Under the pieces are notes generated by a model. That model had not been told where the DNA came from and did not search any database. It was given only the letters and a program-made list of their open reading frames with translations. A stretch of DNA of 64,000 nt from Hypanus sabinus (taxonomy: Eukaryota): assembly GCF_030144855.1 (NCBI RefSeq), contig NC_082716.1, positions 52,576,001-52,640,000 on the forward strand. The letters are read 5' to 3'. This document shows positions 1 to 12,760 of this stretch, in pieces (positions within the stretch are counted from its first letter, which is position 1; every line of letters starts with the position of its first letter). A program made the translations under genes and the position numbers.

Positions 1-2600
1 AAGGTGTAGAGTCTCTATGGGTTGAGTTCAGAAATGGCAAGGGTAAAAGGATCCTAATGGCAGTTGTATACAGGCCTCCAAACAGCAGCCAAGATGTGGA
101 TTACAAATTACAGCAGGAGATAGAAAAGTCGTGTCAGAAAGGCAATGTCATGATAATCGTTGGGGATTTTAACATGAAAATGGACTGGGAAAACCAGGCC
201 AGTACTGGACCTCAAGAGAGAGAATTTGAAGAATATCTAAGGGATGGCTTTTTAGAACAGCTTGTTGTTGAGCCAACTAGGGGATTGGTTGTGCTGGATT
301 GGGAGACGATAAGAGTGCTTAAGATTAAGGAACTCTTAGGGAACAGTGATCACAATATGATCGAGTTCATTTTGAAATCTGAGAAGAAGAAACTAAATTC
401 CAATGTGCCAGTATTTCAGTGGAATAAAGGAAATTACAATGGCATGAGAGAGAAACTGGCAAAAGTTGAACAGAAAGGGACACTAGCAGGAAGGACAGCA
501 GAGCAGCAATGGCTGGAGTTTTTGCAAAAAATGAGGGAAGTGCAAGACAGATATATTCAAAATAAGAAGAAATTTTTGAATGGAAGGACACTATCGTGGC
601 TGACAAGTGAAGTCAGAACCAAAGTAAAAGCAAAAGAGAGGGCATTCAAGGAAGCCAAAGCTAATGGAAAGATAGAGGATTGGGAAGCTTCTAAAAACTT
701 GCAGAAAGAAACTAAGAAAGTCATTAGGAAGGAAAAGATGAGTTAGGAAAGGAAGCTGGTGACTAATATCAAAGAAGATATTAAAAGCTTTTTAAAGTAT
801 ATAAAAGGTAAAAGAGAGTTGAGGGTAGATATAGGACCGATAGAAAATGACGCTGGAGATATTTTAACAAGAGACGCAGAGATGGCAGAGGAACTGAATG
901 TGTATTTTGCATCAGTCTTCACAGTGGAAGACATCTGTAGTATACCAGACATTCAAGAGTGTCAGGGAAGTAAAGTTTGTGCAGTGAAAGTTACAACTGA
1001 AAAAGTGCTCGGGAAGCTTAGTGGTCTAAAGGTGGATAAATCTTCTGGACCTGATGGAATGCACCCTTGGGTTCTAAAGGAAGTAGCTGGAGAGATTGCA
1101 GAGGCAATATCAAGGATCTTTCAAGAATCGATAGATTCTGGCATTGTACTGGATGACTGGGAAATGCAAATATTACACTTCTATTTAAGAAGGGTGAGAG
1201 GCAGCAGAAAGGAAACTATAGAGGAAACTGTTAGCCTGACATCAGTCGTTGGGAAGTTGTTGGAATCAATTGTTAGAGATGAGATTACGGAGCACCTGGA
1301 GGCACATGACAAGATAGGCCAAAACCAGCATGGTTTCCTGAAAAGAAAGTCCTGCCTGACTAACCTACTACAATTTTTTCAGGAAATTACAAGCAGGATA
1401 GACAAAGGAGATGTAGTAGATGTGGTGTACTTGGATTTTCAGAAGGTCTTTGACAAGGTGCCGGCACATGAGGCTAGATAAGAGCCCATGGAATTACAAG
1501 GAAGTCACTAGCATGGGTGGAGCATTGGCTGATCAGCAGAAAACAGAAAGTGGGAATAAAGGGATCCTATTCTGCCTGGCTGCCGGTTAGCAGTGGAGTT
1601 CCACAGGGGTCGGTGTTGGGACCTCTGCTTTTTACGATGTATGTCAATGATTTGGACTATAGGATTAATGGATTTGCAGCTAGATTTGCCGATGATACAA
1701 AGATAGGTGGAGGAGTGGGTAGAGTTGAGGAAATAGAGAGGCTTAGATAGTTTAGGGGAATGGGCAAAGAAGTGGCAAATGAATCACACTGTTGGAAAGT
1801 GTATGGTCATGCACTTTGGTGGAAGAAATAAACAAGCAGACTATTACTTAGATGGGGAGAGAATTCAAAATTCAGAGATGCAAAGGGTCTTGGGAGTCCT
1901 TGTGCATGATATCCTAAAGATTAACCTCCAGGTTGAGTCAGTGGTGCAGGAGGCAAATGCAATGTTGGCATTTATTTCTAGAGCTATAGAGATATGATGT
2001 TGAGGCTCTGTAAGGCACTCATGAGACCACACTTGGAGTATTACGTGCAGTTTTGGGCTCCTTATTTTAGAAAGGATATATTGACATTGGAGAAGGTTCA
2101 AAGAAGATTCAGGAGAATGATTCCAGGAATGAAAGGGTTAATATATGAGGAACATCTGGCAACTCTTGGGCTGTATTCCCTGGAGTTCAGGAGAATTGGG
2201 GGGGGGGGGGATCTCATAGAAACATTCCAAATGTTAAAAGGCCTGAACAGATTAGATATGGCAAAGTTATTTCCCATGGTAGGGGATTCTAGGACAAGAG
2301 GGCACAACTTCAGGATTGAAGGACGTCCATCTAGAACAGAGATGCGGAGAAATTACTTTAGTCAGAGGATGGTAAATCTGTGGAATTTGTTGCCATGAGC
2401 GGCTGTGGAGGCCAAGTCATTGGGTGTATTTAAGGCAGATATAGATAGGTTCTTGATTAGCCAGGGCATCAAAGGGTATGGGGGGAAACCAATAGAGTGG
2501 GAATGACTGAAAGAATTGGATCAGCCCATGACTGAATGGTGGAGTGAACTTGATGGGCCAAATGGCCTACTTCTGCTCCTATATCTTATGATCTTATGGT
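1..2600 (+). mobile_element. CR1-clade LINE, degraded ORF2 (APE endonuclease + RT) through the 3' tail
   Basis: Consecutive ORF fragments: VVYRPPNS..IVGDFN (EN), VYLDFQKVFDKVP, GVPQGSVLGPLLF, FADD, RPHLEYYVQFWAP; tail ggccaaatggcctacttctgctcctatatcttatg; many stops and frameshifts. Confidence 0.93.
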
Positions 2601-3559
2601 ATTATAGATGTGCAGAAGAATATTCAAATCTACTGATAATAGATTCCAGCATGAAGTTATCAGCCATGATGAACTGAGGCAGAGGTAAAATCCAACAAGT
2701 TACAGAGATTATCCATGCTTCCCATTAACTCTAATATTACTACCTTACAATTTTTCTGTTGACACTACTTTACAACTCTTCTTTTTTCAAATAAAAATGG
2801 AATTGATTTGACATGTTTCAGCCCAATGGAACATCCTCTAAATCTAGAAAGTGATATTGCCAAGTATTCACAAAGCAATTGTTCGGTACTCTAAATGTCA
2901 TCTGGAGCATCGGCTCAATCCATCTTAAAGATTCTCATTCTGCTTAAGACTTCATTCTTATCTATCTTATGTTTACTGTGCAACTCAGAACTCATAAGTG
3001 ATGCATTGTCTTTAAAAAGAATAATACTTTTGCCATATGCTTGGAGTCTTTTCTAATTTGTGTCAGAAAACCATCTACATTCATTGGTGTACAGCAAATC
3101 ATCTTGCATCAGGCAGAGATGCATGCTTCACTTATCTACACAGGATGTCAGAGTTCAAGGAATGTAAGCATTCAGATAGTTTACCCAAATTAAAGTAAAC
3201 AGTGCACAAGATGGATTCAACCACAATAAAAGATCAAAGAGCAGTTTATCAACTTCAATTGCAGCAACTAAATACAGTATTGAAAAGTAAGCAGATGATC
3301 AACTCATAAGGACAAGATTATACGAATTTTGGACCACCACATACACTCTGTTCAACACTGCATATTTTCCAGTTAAGTGAAAAGAGGATACAGTTTATCT
3401 TGTTCCTTTATATATTTGTCACGAAACTGAATTCTTCTATTCTTATTCCAAGAAATTCTTCTGTGCTTTGTCTGTTGCTGAACGATCTACGTCTTATCCA
3501 ATAACAAAGCAACTGTTTTAATCAGCGCACTGTTCATCCAGACACTGGGCAAAGAGTTG

Positions 3560-4700
3560 AGGTCAAGGTTGAGTGCACCCACAAGCATTAACACGAGGTT
3601 GACTGGCATATTGATGGAAACAGATAATCTGCAACAACCATAGTTCCAATGGGCTTCAGTAAAGCTTTCGACAAGGTCATTTAAGATAAACCAATCCAGA
3701 AGATTACGATACACGAGATCCACAGTGACTCAGAATCACAGAGTAATCCAGCACAGAAATGGCCCTTCTGCTCAACTCATAAATACCAACCAAGGAGTCA
3801 ATCGAAGCTAGTCCCTTTGGCAAACATGTGGAGACCTAGGAAATTGGATTCAACTTCAACATGGTCATAGAAGACAGGGAGTGGTGGTCAAGGGGTGTTA
3901 TTTTGACTGGAAGGCTCTGACAAGTGGTATTCCACAAGGATCAGTACTGAGACATCTGTAATACTTGGACTAAAGTGTAATTGGTATGATTATTGTTTAA
4001 ATGCAACATACTAATTAGCAAAGAAGTGTGGACAAGCGTGAGGTATTGCACTTTTGGAGCCCAGATGGAAAAGGAAAGTATACAGTAAATGTCAGGAATC
4101 TGAGGAGGACCAATATATTAAGGAATCTTGAGATGCAAATACCTAACTCACTAAAAGCGGAAAGACAAGTAGAGAGGTGATAATGAAGAGATTCACAATA
4201 GGTTGCTTGGATTAAGGAATATTAGCTATGAAGGGAGATTGGTTTGTTTTCTTTTGAGCATTGTTGGCTGAGGAGTGACCTGATAAAAGGGCACCATATT
4301 AACATAGTGGTTAACGTGACACTATTACAGCTCGGGGCATCCTGGCAGTTCAATCCTGGCATTCTCTATAAGGAGTCTCTGTATATCCCCCCCCCCCACC
4401 CCGTGAAATGTACGGGTTTTCCTCAGGTGCTCCAGTTTCCTCCCACAGTCCAAATATGTACCGGGTCATTGTAAATAATCTTCTGATTAGGTTAGGGTTA
4501 AATTGTGCTAGTCCGGATTTTCTGGGTGGTGTGGCTTGAAGGGCCGTGAGGGGCTATTCTATGTTCTATCTCTAAATAAAAAAAAATTACAAAGTATATA
4601 AACTTCTGAAAGGCATAGGTAGGGTAGATAGTCAAAGTCTTTCTTTCAGGAGGGAACTGTCAAACACTAGAAGCCAAGGCTTAAGGTGCGATAGATAGTT
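3560..4700 (+). mobile_element. Old CR1 LINE fragments interrupted by a V-SINE
   Basis: aaagctttcgacaaggtc (KAFDKV), ggtattccacaaggatcagtact (GIPQGSV), CR1 3' region gacctgata...ggcataggtagggtagatagtc. Confidence 0.65.
4289..4590 (+). mobile_element. tRNA-derived V-SINE with CR1-type tail
   Basis: A-box-like tagtggttaa, B-box-like gttcaatcc, V core gggttttcctcaggtgctccagtttcctcccacagtccaaa, tail gaagggcc...tctatctctaaataaaaaa. Confidence 0.8.
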
Positions 4701-4944
4701 AACAAGTCTGTGGCATGCTATTCTACCAATGGTGTTAAAATTTTCATGGAGGTATCCTTCTAGTCAATGGCAGTCTGCAAGATCTTTATGATGGAACATG
4801 AAATTATATTGGCAGGAGATATAATCAATCATTTTTCTGCTGCAGATAATCTTAATTGGCATTTAGGATGTGAGATTTCTGCCTTCTATCTGTCATATTA
4901 GGCTTGACTATTGTTCAGTCATACTCTGCAGCAGCTTCATTACT

Positions 4945-5240
4945 AAAAGCCTCAAGAAGGCGGCATCCATCAATAAGGACCATCACCACTCGGGACGTGC
5001 TTTCTTATCATTAATACAGTTGGGAAGGAGGTACAGGAGCCTAAACTGCCACCCTCAATGTTTTAAGATCAGCTTCTATCTCTCTGCCATCAGATTTCAG
5101 AATTGTCCACGAATCTATGAACACTGCATCATCATTCCTCCTTTCCACTATTTATCTAATTTTATAACTTATAATAATTTTTAAATCTTGAACTATACTG
5201 TTGCTGCAAAACAATGAATTTCATGACATACGTCCAAACC
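4945..5240 (+). mobile_element. Rex1/Babar LINE 3' fragment
   Basis: SLKKAASINKDHHHSGRAFLSLIQLGRRYRSL, typical Rex1 ORF C-terminus; tail gctgcaaaacaatgaatttcatgacata. Confidence 0.7.
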
Positions 5241-6254
5241 TAGTTCTGAAAAGGATCTATGACCGACCACACAGCAAAGGGAAGGTAGTCACAATGCAGT
5301 TGGTTGACTGGAACCCTTCCTATTGCTTCTGTGCCTCCTATATTGCTGCCATGGCTGCTGTTAGAGAATCAGGAACATCTCTTTATGAGTCAGATAGAAA
5401 TTTTCCAATGCTTACAGAACACAGAATCAGTTTGGCTCAAGAATTCCTGTTGGTTTTGAAGGCTGGCTTTGTCAACTGTAGATCTTTAGTGAGAAATGTA
5501 GGCATTTAGGATGTGGGATTTCCATCTTCTCTTTTTTCAGTACAATATTAAAGAAGAGCTGCCATTCTATTTATTTGCTCCAATAAAAAACCCATTGCAC
5601 CACACCAAGAAAATAACAAGAATTTGCATGATAATCAATATCACTAAGATTCATTACCTGCTTAATTATTTTGTTTGCTTTGCGAGTGAGCCCTGCTGTG
5701 TTCATATTGATTGCTCCACATACAAAACACTGAAATGACTATTTTCCAAAAGTAATTCAGTGTCATGCCATGAACATTGTAGTTGCACCACAGAGATTGT
5801 AGCTATCTGTTTGTATCTACCTGCTTCCCAATGAAAATCCAGATCTGTTGGTTTATATCTGGAGTCAAATGAAATTCTAACAGATGTTATATTCTGTTTA
5901 GTGAAGTCCAAAAAATGATGTAATGTCAACTCATAGTTGACAATCAGCAATGAAAATTCCACCATAGCCAACGAGTGACTGATAAACATTATTCAAGAAA
6001 TTCAGACGCATAGAACAAAAGCTTTAAACATTGCATTGATTAGACAATGGCTGGATTCTGTCTCCTCAGTACAAAGTTGTACTTTTGTTGTCTGTCTCTG
6101 AATTTCTTGAATAATTCTCCTGCATTGAATTACTTTCCATTTAAAAATACGTAGCTGTACAGCAAAAACATTCCTGTCAGATCAGAGGTAGGAAAACTGA
6201 ATTAGAATGAATTAGTTACCTTCTGCTAGTTATTGTGAAGGTTCCTCATAACAT

Positions 6255-6935
6255 CAAGTTCAAGTTCAGTTTTATTTGTCATTCAACTGCATACACGTAT
6301 ACCACCGAATGGAACTGAATTCCTCTGGTCCAAAATGCCAAAATGCACAATACGGTACATATAACTTACGGACACAACACAAAAAGTAATATCACCACAA
6401 ATAAACTAACAATTAATAGGGTACTTATACGATACAAGTTAAAAAGTAAACTATAACGCTACTGGTGCTTCACACTTGATGAGACTGCCTGATGAGATTT
6501 ATAAGCGGTAGCAGGGAGTTCAATAGTAGTCTTATGGCTGGGGGAAGAAGCTGCTTCCCTCTTAGTAGTTCTTGTTCTAATGCTATTGTACCTACCGCTG
6601 ATGGCTGATGGGTGGTGGTATTCGAAGGAATTATTGGATGGACGGGAAGGATCAGTGACCATGCTAAGGGCCTTGTGTGCATAGCGCTCCTGATAACTTT
6701 CACTAAAGGGTGAAAGAGACCCCAATGATCCTCTCAGCAGTTCGTGCAATCCTTTATAGGGAACTTGCAGTCAGATGCTTTGCAATTCCTATACCAGACA
6801 GTGATGCAGCTGGTCAGGACACTCTCGATGGTACTCCTGTCAAAATGGGGGGGGGGGGGGGGAGCCTCACTCGCCCCAGGAAGTGGAGATGCTGCTGTGC
6901 TTTCTTGACCAAAGAGGTGGTGCTGAGGGACCAGG
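6255..6935 (-). mobile_element. Rex1/Babar LINE 3' fragment
   Basis: Tail aagttcaagttc on +; minus strand encodes ESVLTSCITVWYRNC and YQERYAHKALSMVTDPSRPS. Confidence 0.75.
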
Positions 6936-7739
6936 ATTGTGCTAACACAATGCCAAGCAGAATTTGACTAAGTAAAACATCCCATCATCTAATCACTCAG
7001 TGTTCTCACTCACACGAAATCTATGATGCCCATCATCAGGATCACACTGAGAGGGAATGACACTTGAGTCACGTTATTCCAGTGGCACGGCATTAGTCGT
7101 TCTCCTCACTCTTAAATTGACTTTGTCAAAAGGCAGGGCAGTGGCTTGGGACCAGTCCCAGTCCTCTCAGCTAAACTGACACAACATGAAAGGTAATTAA
7201 AAACATTCCTGATATATAAATAGAAGTTTTCTAATATTTATTTGTGCAATAGAAAAGAATACACAGCAAATGAATGGCTGCTGGGACAAGTTTTACACTG
7301 ACCTCGATACCACCAGCGGAAGAATTAACATTTTCAGCATCCTCATCAACAGCTCACCGGGGAACTGGAAATACTTAATTTCCTAAAAGAGAAGTCACAA
7401 ATAGATAATCTACTAGGATAAGGCCTGAGTGAAAGTACTGATATTGTGTGTAATAAGAATGAAGCAAGCTCTTACATATATCTAATTTGAATGAAATATG
7501 AAATGACTTTGGCTCAATTTAGAAAAGTAATTAAATAGCTATTTGAAAATCTGATAGTAGCCCTTGATTTTTATTGCCTGAAGCATGTGAGGGACAAGGT
7601 TACTGATGTTAATTGGAAAATTATTGTTGTTTTTAAATGCTCCCATTCTGTTTGGAATGAACGATTAAGTAGATGATCAAATAGATTCAATATTGTTCAC
7701 TGTAAGTTAATTAAAATCAGGTGTTTTCAGCTTGCCTAC

Positions 7740-7880
7740 CTGTTCGGAAAGATGCCTGGTCCTCAGGAAAAATCCCAGCGAGCAGCCGATGATAACGGAC
7801 AGCACGGAGAGAATCAGCAAACCGTTCCTTTTAAAGACATCCTTGATCTGAACTGAGACGGAAGCAATTGCCACTGTCAT
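7740..7880 (-). CDS. SLC1A7: Excitatory amino acid transporter 5 (SLC1A7/EAAT5), coding exon 1; downstream exons not seen in the window and presumably lie to its left
   Basis: ATG at 7880; MTVAIASVSVQIKDVFKRNGLLILSVLSVIIGCSLGFFLRTRHLSEQ matches the EAAT5 N-terminus/TM1 (RNGLLILSVLSVIVGCLLGFFLRTRRLSPQ); phase-0 donor GTAGGC; adjacent to CPT2 as in human. Confidence 0.9.
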
Positions 7881-8269
7881 TGTGCCCTGGTCTCCTGACT
7901 TTGGAGAGGCCACTACTCCATACAATGGCAGTGCCCTGACTACCCACAGATGGGAGTTCAAAGCCAGTATCCCATATCTGGGCTTTGCACACAGAGAAGT
8001 CAATGCCCCTGACCTCAGAGCTAAACTTCATCAAATAAAAAGCATGCACAGATGCCATTATTATCCTAATGTGATGTCTCTGATCTTATTACCAGAGAAT
8101 TCATTAAGGCGATTATTGACCAACCTAAGGCTGGACTCTGCCAGCTCTGAGGCAAGTATCTTAGCTCCTGGCATTGGACATTTGATATGTTTCTGAAAAA
8201 AATGTTAACTAGTACCAAAATACACCTTTTTATTCTGTAAATAGCTTCCCCTTCACGATTGAAGAATAT

Positions 8270-10275
8270 TAATTATTTCTAGTACACAAGTGTAAAGCAG
8301 AACAAAATAGTTATCACTCAAGATCTGATAGAGAACAAAAAGCACAGTAAAGAATACAGTATTAATAAAAGCACACAATTAATATAAATACATAAGAGCT
8401 TATATACATAGATTGATTGTATGTCCATAAAGTGACGCTAGGCATAGGAGTGTCTGTACATAAGGTGAGTGACAGGAAATGATAAAGAAGTGGTGGTTAG
8501 GGCTGTGGAAGGATGAGTTTATAGGTGAGGGTGGTGATCAGCCTTGCTGCTTGGGGAAAGTAACTGTTTTTGAATCTGGTGGTCCTGGTGTGGATGTTAT
8601 GCAGCCTCCTCCCCGATTGGAGTGGAACAGTCCATGAGCAGGCTGGGTGAGATCCTTCATGAAGTTACTGGCTCTTTTCTGGCACCTTTCTCTATATACA
8701 TCCTCAATGGTGGGTAGGCTATGATGGTGTCAGCAATGCCACCACAGTCCAGCCTTCCAGTCCACCGCAGTGCAGCTTCCATACCGTGCACTGATGCAGC
8801 TTGTCAGGATGCTCTCCACTGCACATCTGTAGAATGATGCGAGTATAGATGCACATAGTCCAGCTCTTTTCAGCCACCTCGGAAGGTAGAGCCATTGGTG
8901 ATCTTCCCTGATTGTGCAGAATGTTTTCTGGGACCATGAGAGGCTGTGTGAGATGTGCACTCCCAGGAGTTTGAAGCTGCTCGCAGTTTCCACTGCTGTC
9001 CTGGTGATGTAAAGAGGGGTGTGAGTAGAGTGAGTTTTCCTGAAGTTGGTAACCATCTCCTTTGTCTTGCTAACAATGAGGAAGAGATTATTTGCTTGGC
9101 ACCCAGGCTTCAAGCTCTTCCCCCTCTGCTCTGTAGGCCGTTTCATTGTTGTTTGTGATTAATCCCACCACTCTTGTGTCATTAGTGAACTTGACAGTGA
9201 TTATTCGAGTGTCTGTCCATGTAATCGTGTGTGAGTAAAATGTACAACAACGAGCTCAGCACGCTGCCGTGGTGGTGGGGGTCACTTGTGTTGAGGATGA
9301 TAGAGAGGGAGGAGCGGTTGTACATCCTGACTGTCTGAGGTTTGTTAGTTAGGAAGTCCAGTACCCAGTTGCACAGAGATGTATTTAGACCAAGGGATAG
9401 GGGTTTGTTCACCAAGGTCTATGGGACAATAGTGTTGAATGCCAAACTGAAATTCAGAGCCAGCATTCTGACCAGTGTCCTTGTTTTCTAGGTAGTTTAG
9501 GGCCAGGTGCATGACAGCTGCTGTGGAATCCATTGTAGTCTGTCCATAAGCATATTGGTGGGTAGCCAATAGGACAGGAATGCAGTTTTTGATCTCTGCC
9601 ACTATCAGTGTTCAAAGCACTTTATCATGATTGCCGTCAGTTCCACTTGCTGGATCTGACTGTTTAATTGTCATTTTCTTTGCAGTTTAACAATTACTTA
9701 TCTGCTTGTGTTTTAAGTAGCCTTTATATGCATAACAGCTTATTATACCTCTAGTGGTTATACAAAGTATTATTCTGGAAAGCTCTGGAAGACCTGCACT
9801 AGCTGAATTGTACTTTACTTATTAACTTTTTACTGCAGTATTGACTACGTACTTTCTAAATGGATTATTATTATCTATAGATTAGAATGAAACTTCCCTT
9901 AAGTCAAGTTTTATGCCTAGTTCCTGACTTCTAAAAGAATCTTGGATTTAAACACCAGAAGCCAACATACTGGGCAGCAATCGTTTAGTTCTGAAAGTTT
10001 AAAGCTCTTTGGTACAGGACCGATGGTGGCTAATTTGAAGCATGTGTGGACAGCAGCCATGATGACTGGTTTGTTGAAGATGTCCATGAAGACACCAGTG
10101 AGCTGGTGTACACACTCCCCAAGTACTTGGCCCGGGATGTTGTCTGACCCAGAGGCCTCTACAGATTCCTTCTCACGCCTGCTGCTGTTACAGCCAGAGG
10201 CTGATCAACAAGGAGGACGGTAGCTTTCGTGACCAGCATTATGTTGCATGCCTCGAAGCACATATAAAGTTATTT
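8270..10275 (-). mobile_element. Rex1/Babar LINE RT fragment, split by an unrelated ~350 bp insert (9654-10005)
   Basis: LCNWVLDFLTNKPQTVR, FLIVSKTKEMV, FYRCAVESILTSCI; RT-upstream sequence resumes near 10006. Confidence 0.85.
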
Positions 10276-11451
10276 AACCCGAAATACATTCCCCATAAAT
10301 CCTCCCCCCAGCACCAGCCATAGCTAACACCCTCACAAAACCCTTAGTACATCCATAACCCTAAAACATGTTCCCTATACCCCCACAAGACATAAGCATT
10401 AACCCCACCACCCCGGCTAACTCCCCACCAACCCTAGCCAAAAGAACCCAAATCACATCCCAACTCGCCCTCTGCCCCAGCCTGAAACTAAAATATTGCT
10501 AAAAAGAAACTACGTTAATTTTGAACAAGAAAACAAATAAGCTCAAGTTTTTAAATGACTCCGTTGATCAATTGGCAGTCTGATTATGAAGTGTACAATG
10601 GATAACCTCTTTTGGGCAGTAGAGGTGGACAAAGGGGAAGAAGCAGGCAGACAGAAAGTTAAAGACTGCATTGGTGGGAAAAAAAATCAAACAGATTTTG
10701 TTGGTGTAACAAAGAGTTAATGTTGAGCACTGCTGAATGAGACAGATCACAGTTTGGACAGAAAAGGTCTAGTGAATGTCTGAGAGAAATTTCAAAAGAC
10801 CTTTTAAAACTAAGGTTGATTTGTCTGGTCATTCAACGAGATTAAATATAGAATCTGTACTAAAACCATATAACCACATAACAATTACAGCACAGAAACA
10901 GGCCATCTCAGCCCTTCTAGTCCGTGCCAAGCGCTTACTCTCACCTAATTCCACCAAACTGCATTCAGCCCATAACCCTCCTTTCCTTTTCTGTCCATAA
11001 AAGCCTAAATGTTTTTTAAAAAGGCAGAAAATACTTAAAATAGTAGGTCAAGCAACATTTGTGGAGAAAGGAAGTTAACATTCCAGATTAATGCACTTAC
11101 ATCAGTCCTGCTTTTATTTCAGATTTCCAGAATTCAAAGTATTTAGCTTTTTGACTCTATTAGGTTACAACATTTTCTATGTAGATGGTTATTAGGATAT
11201 GTTAGAGAATGTCTCATCCACTATCCTGAACTATCAGCTCCTCCATTTCATGCATCATGGTTGCATTAAGTATCAATGGAAAATGCACTGCCCCATCTTC
11301 TATCATTGCAACACCTAAGCTAATGGTCTTTAAAACATAAAGCTCAAAGGCAGTAGTCACTTATTCCAGTATTGCAATACTAACCTATGTTGGATTTGGA
11401 ATATCTTCAAAACCACCAGTCATACAAGATGAAACATCCCCCCTAATAGCA

Positions 11452-12760
11452 TTTGACTTTATTTCTTACATCCTTCACATATGAGTAAAAATCTTTACGT
11501 TACGTCTCCATCTAAATGTGCGATGTGCAATCATAGTAATTTATAATAAATAGAACAGTCAATGTAATATAGAGTACACTCAAGTCAGTGTGAGTTCATC
11601 AGTCTGATGGCCTGGTGGAAGAAGCTGTCTCGGAGCCTGTTGGTCCTGGCTTTTATGCTGCGGCACCGCTTCCCGGATGGTAGCAGCTGGAGTAGATTGT
11701 GGTTGGGATGGCTTGGGTCCCTAATGATTCTAAGGGCCCTTTTTACACACCTGTCCTTGTAAATGTCCTGAATCATAGTAAGTTCACAACTACAGATGTG
11801 CTGGGCTGTCCGCACCACTCTCTACAGAGTCCTACGATTAAGGGAGGTATGGTCCCTATACCAGGCAGTGATGCAGCCAGTCAGGATGCTCTCAGTTGTG
11901 CTACTGTAGAGAGTTCTTAGGATTTGGGGGCCCATACCAAACTTTCTCAACCATCTGAGGTGAAGGAGGTGCTGTTGTGCCTTTTTCACCATAAGCTGGT
12001 ATGTGCAGATCATATGAGGTCCACAGTGATGTGGATACTGAGGAAATTGAAGCTGTTTACCCTCTCAGCCCCAGATCCATTGAGGTCAATAGGGATTAGC
12101 CTGTTTCCATTCCTCCTGTAATCCACAACCAGCTGCTTTGTTTTTACGACATTGAGAGAGAGGTTGTTCACTTGACACCACTGTGTCAGGGCGATGATTT
12201 CTTCCCTGTAGGTCGCCTTGTTATTATTTGCGATTAAGCCAATCAATGTAGTGTCATTGGCAAATTTAATTAGCAGATTGGAGCTGTGGGTGGCGATACA
12301 GTCATGGGTATAGAGAGTAAAAAAGGGGACTCAGTACTCAGTCTTGAGAGGCTCCTGTATTGAGAGTCAGAGGGTTGGAGGTGAGGGAGTCCACTCTTAC
12401 CACCTGCCGGCGATCTGACAGGAAGTCCAGGATCCAGCTACACAAGGCAGAGTCAAGGCCAAGGTCTCTGAGCTTCTTGTTGAGCCTGGATGGAACTATG
12501 GTGTTGAATGCTGAACTGTAGTCCAAGAACAGCATTCTCACATAAGTATCCTTCTTCTCCAGATGTGTAAGAACGGTATGTAGAGCTGTGGATATTGCGT
12601 CATCTGTCAATTGGTTGTGTTGGTAGGCGAATTGTAGGGGTCTAGTTTGGGTGATAGCAAGCTGCAGATGTAATCCTTGACCAGCCTCTCAAAGCATTTG
12701 CTTATTATTGAGGTGAGTGCGACAGGACGCCAGTTGTTCAGGCAGGTTAACTTGGTCTTT
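11452..12760 (-). mobile_element. Rex1/Babar LINE, 5'-truncated
   Basis: [67 protein letters not shown]. Confidence 0.9.

Noticed and set aside
4289-4360. tRNA gene
   Set aside because: A/B-box-like motifs belong to a SINE head; no cloverleaf.
6847-6862. Long poly-G runs (also 2198-2210)
   Set aside because: Homopolymer slippage inside decayed LINEs with no sign of function.
7881-8003. Longer SLC1A7 N-terminus suggested by the ORF track
   Set aside because: The ORF starts at a non-ATG codon; the first in-frame ATG is at 7880 and gives a typical exon length.
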